NCBI GenBank assembly: GCA_037447605.1 | Contig: CM074814.1 | Span: 2,973,403-3,037,402 of the forward strand | DNA from: Zygnema circumcarinatum SAG 698-1b | Taxonomy: Eukaryota > Plantae > Zygnematophyceae | Reading direction: 5' to 3' | Length of the DNA stretch: 64,000 bases | In this document: piece after piece, positions 11,801 through 28,799 of the stretch | How positions within the stretch are numbered: position 1 is the first letter of the stretch | Layout: each line of letters opens with the position of its first letter | Notes under the pieces: model-generated | Seen by the model: only the letters and a program-made list of their open reading frames with translations | What the model was told of the DNA's origin: nothing | The model's database searches: none | Position numbers and translations under genes: made by a program

Positions 11801-13391
11801 CCTGTCCCCCGCGCCCGACGGTTCTTCCTGCTGCTACTGAGGGGCCGCCCGCTGGCGCTCGCTGTCGCTGTCGCGCGGCGCCGATCTGCCCTGTTCTGTT
11901 CGCCGCTCCGTCGTGCCGCACAGAACGGCGCGATGGTCCGTATGGCGCAGCACGGTACGGTTTACCGTACACGTCGGCACCCGCTGTACGGAGAGAGCTG
12001 CGCCTTGGCCTCCGCTCCGATGTCGTCTGTGCCTGTCGGTCTGTGTGTGACTGTGTGCCTTGTCTGTCTGTGTGTCTGTCTGTCTGGCTACCTGGCTAAC
12101 TGTGCGCTGTCTGCCTGTGTCTGGGTATCTGTTTGGCTATCAGTGTGTCTGTCGTATAGATCCGTATGTATCAAACGCGACGTGCCTCACATCGGTGACC
12201 TTCGCGGCTGCTTCTAGGGCTGCGTTGTTGTGCCTAGGCGTAGTTTTCCGCTCCTAGCTTCGTTTTATTGTGTTTCGGTCCTTTGTGACCAGTCCTTCGT
12301 GGTTCCACATTTTGCCTTTATCCATGTAAATTTGATGGCCTCGCCATCGCCAGTTCAATGAAAGTTTGCGTTACTTTGTGTATTAATACACTGTATAATA
12401 CATGCGTATTATACACCATTTTAAAAATACAGTGTATTTTATATGTATTTAACGTATTTTCTTTTGATTTCTCGCTAATTGAACAGAGATTGATTATTGG
12501 CCAACCAGCAACTCAACACGTGTGACGGGCCACACGTGTGACACGTGTGGCCGTATAGTTTCGTACACAATTCTCGTACAGAAATCCCGTACGACTCTAT
12601 GTCTGGTTGTACGGATGTTAACAGTTGCGTTTGGGTTTTATACAATGTAAAATACTGTATTAATACTGTATTATACATTGTATTAAACCTCAAAGTGTAT
12701 AACACGGATCTATAGTCTGTCGGTCTGTCCCTAAGGAAGAACGGTGAGTAGTCTCTTCTCGTGGTGTTCGCGCGGCCGCGAGCGGCGGACGGCTGGCTGA
12801 CTGGCTCCCTCGGGCGGGCGGCAGGCCCTCTCAGGAATTAATGGCGACATCTGCAAAAGCTCACAGAGCGTGCAGGGCGACTTCATGCAGGGCACACCGA
12901 AACTTGCTGTAAACAAGGAGGCCCAGTGCTTCGGCGATCGGCGTCAATGTCATACTTAGCATTAAACCCCGTTCGTCGAAGAAAGCAAGAGACCGGCGGA
13001 CGTTTCATACATAAACGACCCAAGAAAAACTTGAAATAACTGCATATTGTGCGGCATGTTGCTGTTCTGGGCATGAATGAGCGCATCCTAACCCCATTTC
13101 AACTGGAAGCACAGAAAGTCCTGCATAAATTTATTGAAGCTCCTCCTCCATAGCAAGCACCCAAAAATCCTCAAAGACGTTGAGAACGACTTAGGAGTAG
13201 TGAGCACAAGTGCATCCGCAGTTCATTATCGTGCAAAATGAGGCGTTAAAACACAGGCGAATGTTTAGTATCTGGCTAGGGACACTCTTCTCCTAACCTG
13301 CACAGTTAGAGCGTTGTAGGTGTATCTTACACGAGCACAAGAATTGGTTTTAAGTCATCTAAAAATTGTCCTAAAGTCTACATGTCCCTCT

Positions 13392-14301
13392 CTACAGTCT
13401 GTCGCGGGGGCCCAGGACGGGGGCCTGCTGGGGGCCGTTCTTGATGGCCAGGAGGTCGCCGCCGGTGGTCGCTCCGAAGTAGCCGAGCGTGCCCGCGCCG
13501 CCGAGCACCAGGAACTTCAGGAGGATGCCGCGCTTCGTGAACGCGCCCGCGAAGGTCTCAAAGAACTTCGCCTGCAGCACGCACGCGCAAGCACACGCGC
13601 CGCCCACCCGCCATGCCGCGCGCGGAGGAGCCCCACCTTCAGCAAAGGTCCCAACCCAGCACACTCGCGCCGTGCGGGAATTCATGCAGCATGAGCGGGC
13701 GGGCAGCGGACGAGGCCACGGAGCGCACCTGCATGCCGTTGTAGGGCGAGCCGGCGTCGGAGCCGTAGAGGTCCCAGCTGCCGGTCGTGTTGCCGATGTC
13801 CTTGAGGTCGAAGTAAACGCTCTCGTCGCCGTACTTGGCACGGGGGGCCGCCACTCTGAAATCAGCCACCACACAGGCGCGCGCACGCACCACACAGGCA
13901 GTGAGAGGCGGCCGCCGCAGCAGCACTGAAACAGCGCAGAGCCGATCCAGCTGCACCCTTCATCGCGAACACTACCTCACGAAGAAAGCTGCTCGCACAT
14001 CACCATAAGGATGGCAAGGGAATCGTGGTGCAAACATTGAGCCATGCTGACGTCTCTGTTGGTGTGCGTATGCTCAATGGTGTGTGCCGGCAAAGGCACC
14101 AAGACGCGACGGAGATTTCGACAGGAGAAAGAAAAAATGCGATCGGAGCACGCGAGCAAACGTTGCCGTGAGAGTATGTCTCCGACATTACCTGACAGTC
14201 GACTTGCTGGAGACCTTGGCGGAAGTCCTCACAGAGATCTTCTGGCCGCAGAAGCTGCTCGCTGCAGTGGAGGCGGTGGTAGCGACGGCGAGGGAGGCCA
14301 T
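13392..14301 (-). CDS. PSAH: Photosystem I subunit H (VI); exons 14192-14301, 13729-13855, 13392-13571; 138 aa
   Basis: Transit peptide [11 protein letters not shown], then [28 protein letters not shown] and [21 protein letters not shown]...GPRDRL. GT-AG introns are in frame (110+127+180 nt). Confidence 0.97.
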
Positions 14302-14439
14302 GGCTGCGGTGCGGGCGGGGGGAGGGAGGGAGGGAGAGTGGGAAGTGGGGGTGAGGGAGAGGGAGGCAGCACCGAGCTCTCAGTAGTCCCCACAGCGGGC
14401 CTCAAGGCCGGCCCGCCTGCCCGCCCCGCGCCCCGCACG

Positions 14440-14520
14440 GCCCGCCCCCATCCGCGCGGATAAGGCCCGCCGCGCGGCCAATCGCGGCCGACCCGAATCC
14501 GCGCTCGCCCGCCACGTGGC
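14440..14520 (-). promoter_or_regulatory. Candidate light-responsive promoter module of PSAH (I-box, CCAAT, G-box)
   Basis: GGATAAGG at about 14457, CCAAT at 14477 and GCCACGTGGC at 14511-14520, 150-220 bp upstream of the ATG. Motif identity is established knowledge; function here is inferred. Confidence 0.55.
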
Positions 14521-14599
14521 GCGCCCTCAGCCCGCGCTGAGGGCCGCACTGCGCCGCGCTCGGGATGCCACGGAGGAGCAGCTGGCTTTCCGGCTACAC

Positions 14600-14980
14600 T
14601 AATTAGCGCCTCATTGGTTGAGCCAGCGGCTCTGTAGCCATTAGCCAGCCCGCGTTTGCCAATGGTTTGCTGGCCAATCGTAATTTCGACTTGTCACTCT
14701 GAGTTTGACTGCCGTGTCAAGTTTGATACCCCCCCGGTGATAGAGGCAATAATGTCTTAGCCGTTACACCGCGAATACCTCTCACATCAGTGAAAAAAAA
14801 TGTAATAAAATCAAGGCTTGACTAGGTCCCTAACTTTTTTGGCAATGGTTGGCCACATTTGCCAACCAACGATTGCAATGATCTGGTTGAAATGATTAGC
14901 CATGGTTGGTTGGGTCGCCAAGCAATGGCTGCAGCTATCAACCATTTCAATGGTTGTTCCAGTGGTCCGACCTATGGAGT
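14600..14980. repeat. Degenerate AACCATT/AATGGTT repeat-family copy
   Basis: Shares GGTCCGACCTATG and TTGGGTCGC..GCAATGG with 29550-29610. Confidence 0.6.
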
Positions 14981-15454
14981 ACCGCACAGTACTACAGCTA
15001 CAATATAGCACAACACAGCGGGTGCCACGTCTTGTTTATACTGTCGTGCCTCGTTTGGACTTTGATGGCTGGGCCAGTGCGACCATCCGCAAATGTAAAG
15101 CCGGGGTCCACGGTTCAAATCCTTTCTCTCTTTCCTGTGCCTCCTGCTGCATTCGCCGCATACTTTACCATAGGGATGGCGAGGATAGCTGGGAACTTCA
15201 ATGCAACTTGCAGAGACTTTGAAAAAAGTAATGAGCTGTTGTAGTTACAGAGGGTTACGTCTACATTTGTGTACTCTAAAGCGGTGAGCCTGTGACTACC
15301 TAGCGCTACGTGAAACAGCGTCCGACCAATGCGTGCTGGCCTACTGTACACACTAACAACAACTAGAAGCTGGGCAATATGGACAACTGCGAGAGGCCTG
15401 CTGCCTAACTTCACAAGCACATGAGCTGTAGAGGAGGGCATAAGTTTGTGCTCC

Positions 15455-18400
15455 TCAAAGCACGCCTTTGAAAATGGGATTTATTCGGCAAATGCTCGGG
15501 CCGCGCTCCTCGTAATCCGCTTTGGAGTGGCAAGCCTGCAAGCCGCCGCACAGGAGCATGTGAACAGCCGTCTGCTCGCACCCTCAGCCGCAGCCAAAGA
15601 AGGCGAGCACTCAGATGTGAGGAGAGCAAGGGGAGCGGGCGGAGACTGACCGAGTAAAACCCAGGCGAGGATGCCAAAACGGAACCCCCAAACCATACGG
15701 CGAACCGCTGCATCGGGTGGCTTACAACCGAAACCTCCACAGCTGTTGTCTGCATGGCACGGCGGAGGATGTGGGCATGTTGACAATCATCATTCTTCAC
15801 ATACAGCCTTCATCCGAATGTGCAGAGTTGACTGCACAGTGGGACCCTTCATCTTCGTCAGATTCAAGTGATACATGTGATACAGGGATGCCAGCAAATC
15901 TTAACCGCGCTTTCTGATATGCATTCCCATGATCAATGACATTCATATCAGGAATACTACTAGTCGTAAAGGATTGTTGGAGACGTGAATGCCGCAGTCA
16001 CGCATCACAGGCCTTTGCAGTAGTAAGAGTCCACGCAGCACAGAAGAGGCATCACTGGGGGGGAATCTCATGCCTTGCTGTCAGCTTCCTGCCGGGGATT
16101 TCGCGATGCCGCCACGCGCGCATCAACCAATTTTTTGATGTCCCGCTGCAATCGTCGCCCGAAGTCCTTAAACATGGTGGAGCCGCCCGACAGGACAATA
16201 TTCTGCGCCATTCCACGATCTTATGGAGTCATCTTGGCATTCCTCATCATGCCCCAGCAGGATCAGTGAGGCCTGCGAGCACTCTCCGCCGGCACAACCA
16301 TCTCTCCATACAGTTCCTATGGTTCAACTACCATTCTGTTGAAGTTGCTCTTGCAATACCCAAGGGATCTTGAACAAAAGCAAAATGCATGCTCACCTTG
16401 TACAGTGCACGCCGTGTGTCAATGGGAGAGGCCTGAATAGCGCGGTCGACGATCTCTGGCAGAGGAGTGGTGAAGTCACTGCTGTAAATTTCTGGCGAAA
16501 AGAAAACCTGCTAGTCCGGTGGAGAGAGTGGATACATGAGCTTCAAAATTTCATGATGTGGCAGCTCAAACGTCTCCACAAGGAAATTCCCCTTCAGGAC
16601 GAACATAAACGAGAGTGGCAAGCGGGCTCACCTCCGGTGCGAGAAAGCGCTCATAGCCCACATCGCAGGTATATGATTTGCCCGTCTTCTGGCTGAGCCC
16701 GCTCCATTGTTTGCGGTATCGTGCAGGCTCACGGTCGTGCTTTCCAAACTCCTGCAGACACCACCGCGCCCCTTTCCGTGCTGCTTCTCTCGCCAAGGGA
16801 ACTATGGCCCCGTGGAGGGGGGGAGGGAGAGCTTTTTCCCTTACCTGCAAGCAGAAGTGCGAGTTGCTGAAGTTGGCACTCACTCACCTTCACAATGTCG
16901 GCACATGTATAACCATATGTCTCCTTCACCTTCCTGGCAACCTCCATCGCATCCTCTGGGGGGACGGGCTCTCCGCGTTCCTGACAAGGCAGAAGAGCAT
17001 GCGCCCTTCCTTCAGAGCAAGGTCTAGTGTCCACACGTAAAATGCAGTGAGCCAGCCAAAACCCTACACCTTCGCATTCAAAATGTGAAGCCACACGGTG
17101 GATAACTGCCGACCCGCATCAGCTGTTGCACGAAGGCCGTGATGTCACGTCCCGCCACGGGCGCTGAGCGGATGCTGCCGCCGATGACGTAACCGTCCGC
17201 CACCGGCACGACATGTGTCACGCCATCGCCCGAGTCCACCACCACGCCCGTCAGCGGCGCCTGCTCCCGCCTAAGGGTTTCAGGGTTCAGGGCTTAGGGC
17301 TTAGGCCTGAAAGGATGTGTCAGGCTTGTAAATTACAAGCTTTTACTAAAGCTGCTCTCGGAGGCACATGACTTTCAGGGATTTCAAGCTACTTAAGTCT
17401 ATCCAGATTCAAACTTCAAGGGATTCAAGGGGTTTACTGTTTTGTGGGGTAGAGGGTGTTTGAAGTACAAGTGTAAGTGGTCAATACGACTACAATGCCT
17501 CACCAACGGAGGTCCCAGAATATAGCTCAACATACACACAGCTTTTAAGCTACGGAAGTAAGGATTTCTGTCACAGCTTAAATTAGACCTTTCAAATGCC
17601 AATAGAGAGGATGGATGAACTTCGCTAATCTCCAGGACCTGCTGCTCTACGTGCGACCTGTTTTGAAACTGAGAAGGCCTTGTTGGACGGAGGGAAAGCG
17701 CAGCCTACAGAGGTAGAGGTGTAGCCCGCAGCCAGCGCAAGCACGGCTTGCACAGCGATGTAGAGGCCGCGCACGTTAAACCTGCGCCAACGATACGACC
17801 TTTCAGCTCTGAGCTTCTAGCAGCCCGCCCCCCTCCCCCCCGGCCCTCCAACCCTGTTCCAAAGAGAGATTTCTCGGAGCTTAACTCACACTAACGGGAA
17901 ACTAAGCACTCCATGCAGGGACAAGCAACAGACTCACGTTTCAAACATGACTTCTGCCATGTATTCACGGTTCTCAGGATTTGTAAGAGGGCTTTCTGTG
18001 AGCAGAAAGTAATGATCCTCTGGATCACACCGCAAGTAGTTGAATATGCACTGTTGCCAAAAGCGTTCCATTGAGTCCCAGTTTTCGACCTGATACAACA
18101 CTTTGCCCCTCAGGATGCATAAGAACACCACAGCTGCCTTATCACCTGAAGTCATGGCTAAAATGACGTGTGAACTAATTCAGCCTCTCAAAATAGCACT
18201 GGGACAAAAGCTGATCAATGCAACACTCCCTGTCCTGGCGTGGCGGCAGAGGCTCCACCTGGCCATGCTTGATGGGATTTGTGAGTGTGTAGTGCCCTGT
18301 CTTGGCCGCGGCGAGGGCCTCCTCCCCAATGAAGAAGTCCAAGTCCGCCATGACGCCCGCGCTGTGCTGCGCGGAGGGGGCGCTGCTCCACGCGCCCCTC

Positions 18401-19293
18401 CCTACCGGTCCTGCTGAAGCAGCAAAAGACTCGTTCAGAGCAACCACAGTTGGGACAATAAAGCAAGGCTCCACATTTCCAGCGTATCCCATCTTCGTGT
18501 ACCTGCACAGAGGCACAAGGCGAAAATCGATTTCAAGGGTGAGGGAAAGCCATAAGAGCGAACGACTAGTAAGCATCAACAAAGGAAAAGACAATTTATT
18601 ACCTGGAAAATAATGAGAGGCTCGTTTTCTAATTTCTTTGATCGCTTTACGGGCAAAAGTAAGCACTAAAATGCTCTCAGGGGGCACTTGCTTTTCTAAT
18701 ATCCAATAAAGAAAACGAGCAAGCAAAGTCCGTGTTTCCCCGCAACCCGGACCAGCAATAACGCAAACGCGGGCGCTTGTAGAACAGGTGGCATTTTTTT
18801 GCCAGCTAACAAACCTTCCATCTACTCTTTTTATTAAGCTTCCTTGTTTTTTTGCTGCCTCTTTCTTTTTATTAGTTACCACACTTATTAGAACGACATT
18901 TCCTTCTGCCATTAAAATAATTAATGGTATTAAAAAAAAAACTGAGTTAGCCAAATTAGGAGTTCAATTTAGTTCACAAGCGCGCCGCTGAAACCCCCAC
19001 AATGAGTTCCTACATTCACGGACGAAATGGCTGCTTTCATTTATTCAATTTAGAAAAAAACATCACGCAATGCTAATGTTTAGGCATTTAATCTAATGAA
19101 AAATGGGACGTGCCTTACATCGACATGACGTCCAGACTTAAGACTTCAGATTTCTAAATAAATTTTCTATCCAAAGACGGAAATCCAAACAAGAGTAGAG
19201 AAAATATTTCGAATTCTGAAGTGAGCAAGCAGGAAGGCGGCCGCACCCCGAGCCGTTGTCGATGACGACCGCGGGCCGCCCGCCGCTATCCAT
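15455..19293 (-). CDS. ARP3: Actin-related protein 3; 11 exons, 431 aa
   Basis: Exons 19247-19293, 18259-18502, 17938-18089, 17709-17781, 17114-17260, 16888-16980, 16632-16751, 16397-16507, 16074-16202, 15651-15749 and 15455-15535 sum to 1296 nt. Motifs [31 protein letters not shown] and [13 protein letters not shown]. Confidence 0.96.
18601..18813 (-). pseudogene. UvrD/PcrA/SRS2 (SF1A) helicase N-terminal fragment in ARP3 intron 1
   Basis: SWQKNA (Q motif), [10 protein letters not shown] (Walker A with K>E) and [17 protein letters not shown] (motif Ia), with normal spacing, inside an AT-rich island. Confidence 0.8.
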
Positions 19294-19548
19294 GGCTCCC
19301 TCCCTCCCAAAATCCCTTCCTCCCTCCCTCCCTCCCTCCCTCCGCCTCACCCGACCGCCCCGCTCGCAGGGGGAGCGCTGCGGACGAACCGACCTAGGGT
19401 TGGGTTGGGGCCTCGGGGGCGCGCGGGCGCAGGCAGGCCCCGGAGCGGGCGGGCGCTGGCGTTCGCCCGCGCCCTCAGTCTCTCTAGCTCTCTCTCTCTC
19501 TTGGCTGCCCGCCCGCCTGCCTCCGCTACCTTGCGGGGACGTCTGTCC

Positions 19549-22500
19549 ATGGCGGAAGCAACTTTTGCCGCGGGTTGGTCCGAAGAGGCCGAGGAGCTGC
19601 GAGAGGAGGGGCGGTTGGAGGAAGCGGAGGCGCTTCTGCAGCGCGTGGAGTCCTCCCTGCTGGCGCAGGCCGGCACAGATGCTGACGGACAGCTGGCCAT
19701 CGCGCTGATGGAGCGTGCAACGATATGCTACCAGAGCGGGCGGAGCATGCGCGGCGACGAGCTGGCCTCTCGCGCTGTCCATATTCGGCGCTCAATGGAG
19801 GAGAGGAGCGAGCGGCTGACGCGCGGTAAGGAGCATCGAGGTGAGGAAGGTGGACTCTGGGATTTTGAGAGAGGGAGAGGCGATCTGTTGAAGACCTGTG
19901 AGGGAAAAGGAGGGAGAGGAGGTAATAGGAAGCCGACAGGTACCTTTCAGAAGGTTTACACAGTCATACTGAATAACTTGTGCATTATCAGTACGGGTTC
20001 TATACTGACACACCATGTCTTGGCTTGATTTGCCAAATGGAATGCCCTTTTCACCTTGCCATTTTCTCTACCCCCTTTCCCTCCTCTCGGTTCCTGTTCC
20101 TCCTCTTCTTTTTCTCCTCCATTTAGTCACCGTTTTATTACATCGCCGTTGCTGGTCCATCCATCTCTGCCTCTGTCTTCCACTCTCGCTCTCGCTTTTT
20201 CTACGATTCACCCTTGTCCTTTTTGTCCCTTATTCATCCTTCCATCTTTCTTCCTCTTTCTCCCTTTCCCCCATTGCCAACTCCTTCGTCTCTCCATATC
20301 CTTCTCCCTTTCGATCCATCTGGCACTAGCGCTGGGCCGAGAGAGCCTGTGTTTTACCATCTTCAGTCTATTTAGGAGCAATGCTTTCTTTTCACGTTCC
20401 CTCCTCTACGCATTTTTCACCTTTTTTCTCCCCGTTCTCTCCTTGTGCTCCGTCTTCCTTCCCTGTCCTTTTCGCTCGCCTTTGCAGTCACCTGCCATCG
20501 ATTTCATTTCCCATACTCTCTTTTTCCCTTCGCCTACCCGCTTCCTCGCACCAGCTCTTGAATTCTTTTGCCTTCTGCATCATTTCGTTTCTCATGTAAC
20601 TTTCCTCTCTATCCATTTTCCTCTGCTTTCTTCCCGTTTTTTCCTGTCTCTCCGCTTTCGTTCTTTGTTTCTCTATCTTGTGTCTTTTCTTGTCTGTGTC
20701 CCTTCCAGTTCCCTGTCCCTTTCCGTCGGCCTCATTCTCCCCTCTCCCACTTACGCTTGTCGCATGTATGCATGTATGCATGCTATCTTTATGCAGAGTG
20801 ATGCTGCTATTGGAAGCAGCGATCTTTGCCGAAGGGAGAGGGGTTTCTTGGTCAGGCAAAGGTGCCAACAAAAGCCCATTCAAATTTTAGCGATCTCTTT
20901 ATAAGCCTGTACTTGCAATGTAAGCAAGTCATTGCCTCTCCTCAAGATATGATTCTCCATAGTCCCACACTCTTGTATGGGTTGCAGAGCAGACTTCAGC
21001 ATCTCATCCTGTGAAAACCTGCAGCATCCAGCGAGCAGAAGCGACGTCGTGTTCAACGGGTTGGGATCAGCAGATAGAACCAATATGTACTGCATCGACG
21101 TTGGAGAAAGAAGTCAAGGAAGAGGAGTGGGAGACATCATGGGATGCAAATTTGCCCAGTATTCTGAAGGAAAGCACAAGCCTAACAACCAAGAAAACAC
21201 AAGATTTAACAGTGCCTAACGAACAAGTGAAACAAAGAGGGAGAGGGGCTTTTCGGTTCAAATCAGGAGCCATGTACAGCGATAATGTAGAGTCGGTTGA
21301 GGAAACCAGGTGTACAAAGAGCGGTGACGATGGGGAGGAGAGTGGGGCAATGGATGAGAGAGGGGGGAGTATTGACGAAAGGATTGATGTAGGTAAGCCC
21401 TTGTTGATTTTTTCACATCGTTTCGGCAATTGCGTCTCTGTATAACATCGTTTTGTATCTGGATGTCTTAAAGATACAGGAGTTGAATTGCCCATGCAGA
21501 CGGGACTGAAACTTTGTGATTTATTTCGTCACGTGTTGATCGTACATCTCTAATACTTGTCCTATATTCGCATGATATTGATCAAGAGTGTGGAGCGCAG
21601 TATCAGTTGAGCACTTTTTTTTATCGTTGTGGGGAATTTGGCAGTTCCATATAGAGCCGAACACGTTTTGGAGCTGTTTGGGTTTTCTCCGACATTGACC
21701 ACAAGCGATTTGGAGGATGTTGTGAAGCCATATTGGACTGAAGGGGTGGCCATCCGATGGGTTGATGACACGCGTGCATTGGCTGTGTTTCGGAATCCAA
21801 GTTTTGGTACTTTCTAAGTCCTTTTTCCCGTTTTGCTATGCGTAGATGAGTTTTGATGAATGTTCTTGTGCAAGGGAGAAGTGTGAGCTAAGGATGAGAA
21901 TTGTATCAGTTATTGGTATTTTGGAATGCAGCGGAAATGGCGTTGAAGGGGATCAATGACAAACGAGTGAAAGTGCGCTTGTACGCGGGCAACACGGATT
22001 GTGCTTCTTCGGTCAAGCTCCAAGGTGAGATCTTCTTGCAAAATTTGGCTGGAGAAGGTACTTTGGGTGAGGGAGCGAGATGAATGGTAAAGGTGAAACT
22101 GAAGGGAGTGACGGGAGGACAAATTGAAGAGCCTGTCAGTTACCCGACCAATGAATTTGCCTTCCCTCTGAACTCAGCAATGGGTGGGCCCTCAACCGTT
22201 GGAGGAGAGAGAGGGTGACAGAGTGAGAGGTTGGGCGCAAAGAGAGGGCGAGGGGAGTTGCGAAGGGGGAGGCTCAAAGTGGGTGGGGATGGGGGGATAC
22301 AAAGATGGAGAGCAGGGAGGGAAAGGAGATGCGTGCGAGCTAGAGAGGTAAGGAATAGGAGAGCAATGGAGAAAGCCTTGAGACAAGGTCGTATACTTTG
22401 GAACAAGGTGAACGCGAAGGGGGAGGAAAGGGGCAAGAGAACGAGAGGGAGAAAGTAGGAGAGGAAGAAATAGAGGCATAAAAGAAGAGAGTTGTGGGGT

Positions 22501-22929
22501 GAGGAGTGAGGGTGCGGGGAAGCAAAATGTGGACGAATGGTGAGAGAGGAAAACGAAAAAGGGATAAGAGAAGCAAGAGAAAGAAAAACGGGAGTGAGCA
22601 GTGAGAGAGGGGTACAAGGCATGGAGACGGGGCGGGCGGTTCGTGTTATTTTGGAAAAGGTCGAGTCTAATGAACGCACGCACGCAGGCAGTGTTTGATT
22701 TATGAGAATGTGTGTGGCAGACTTGGAGCCCCCAGTTCCTCGTCCGGCGACTTCCGCAAAGGTGGCGAGGAGAATGATTGCAAGTGCGTTGAAGGATAGC
22801 TCCGTGGCAAGTACTTTAAGGGAGAAGCAACAGAACTCAGCGAGGGCAGAAAAGCAAGCAGAAGAAAGCAGAAGGATGCGCCTGAACACGAGGCGGCAGC
22901 TGAGAGATGAAGCCTGGGGAGATGCTTAG
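19549..22929 (+). CDS. R3HCC1/R3HCC1L-like RRM protein, multi-exon
   Basis: Exon 1 starts MAEATFAAGW at 19549 and ends at a gtaagg donor near 19827. Middle exon HVLELFGFSPTLTTSDLEDVVKPYWTEGVAIRWVDDTRALAVF (about 21660-21810). Last exon RPATSAKVARRMIASAL...EAWGDA*. Both motifs are typical of the family; some exon boundaries are uncertain. Confidence 0.75.
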
Positions 22930-23164
22930 GGTGCGGCGATGGAGAAGGGACTGAGAGTGGGAGGGGAGAGCGACATGTACTTCGTGAAAACTGAGTTCGA
23001 ACTGTTTCAAACCTGAACTTTAGTTTCGTTTGGCTTTAAGACAAAGTGCTGTAGTCCTATCCCCTGTTTTTTTTTTTTTTTCAAAAGGGAAACTAAACTG
23101 CGCTAACGAAGGCGCAACCAAAGCGAAAGAAACGAATCGAAACGAAACGAGGCGATGCCAAACG

Positions 23165-23260
23165 AGGCCCGATCGACCGACCGACTGACCGACTGACCGA
23201 CTGACGGACCGACCGACTGACCGATTGACCGACTGACCGACCTACAAACCGACCGACCGA
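23165..23260 (+). repeat. (GACC/GACT)n tetramer microsatellite; (GGAT)n follows at about 23420-23480
   Basis: Direct reading. Confidence 0.85.
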
Positions 23261-23728
23261 CATAGCGACGGGTGGCTGTGACGTCACAGCAGCCAACTCA
23301 CCTCGCCGCGCAACGGCAGGGAGAACTGGAGAAGGGACGCAGTGAGGGTTGTCCGTACATTACTGTACGGCACGCTGCCGCTGCGTTACGGCCGGTACGA
23401 GAAGGACGATGAAATGGATGCGATGGATGGGTGGATGAATGGATGGATGCATGGATGCATGCGATGGATGGATGGATGCGATGACGCGCGGCGGCGGTGG
23501 CGGGCGAATGACCAAATGCATGAATCCGCCAATCACGCGGCGGCGCGCGCAACCCCTCTCCCTCTCCCTCTCCCTCGCCCTTGCCCTCCCTCTCGTGCCT
23601 GTCGCGTGCTGTCCTGCCCGCCCATGCTCGCCCGTCTGCCGTGCCTCGCCGCCCCCTCCCCGCCCCTCCCCTCCCCGTCCCGCACGCCCGCTTCGCTCGC
23701 CGCGCTCTCCTTCCGCTGCTCTGCGGCC

Positions 23729-28227
<4,499 letters not shown>

Positions 28228-28799
28228 CGAGAGTCAGAGTTTACTTATTCTCGAGTCGACGAAATGGGAAAGGGGAAAGGGGGAGGGGAGAAGGGAACAC
28301 GTGTTTACGTGCCAGTACTGGAGGAGGCCCTTCCCCTTCATGGCGTGCAAGGCAACACCTTTCGGGCGTGGTTCTCCACCCCTTTGATCAGCTCTGGTCC
28401 ACTATTTGGAGGGGAGAGGGAATTTTGAGGGATTTTTACCCGTTAGTGGAGTCTTGAACTCAGCAATTTTGGTTTAGAGATGGCAGAGTCTAATGCAGAT
28501 GAATCACATGTTTATACAATACACGTGTGCAAATATGAGCGCTGGATTTGGCGTCAGGTTGCATTGCAGTGAAGGAGGATCAAGTAGCGGCAGACCGCAA
28601 TGGCACGTCTGGAGCACCACACTACTCTACGTGAAGAAATGGAGCAATCATAGCATTGGAATCGCGAATGCTCAGGAAAATTCCCAGTCAATCAAAAGTT
28701 ATCTATTGCGTTTAATATGTCGCTTCAATTGTGAACAACACAGTCCAAACCTGCTGTTCAGCAATTTTGGAAGCATCTTGTATTGCACAGGTTCGACTA

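Noticed and set aside
15065-15125. GGTTCAAATCC B-box with a weak A-box about 40 nt upstream (tRNA or SINE?)
   Set aside because: No T-stem or acceptor-stem pairing and no cloverleaf; at most a decayed SINE.
20056-20904. 282-aa Phe/Ser/Leu-rich ORF and similar ORFs at 22140-22889
   Set aside because: Stop-poor because of pyrimidine skew within introns; no domain motifs.
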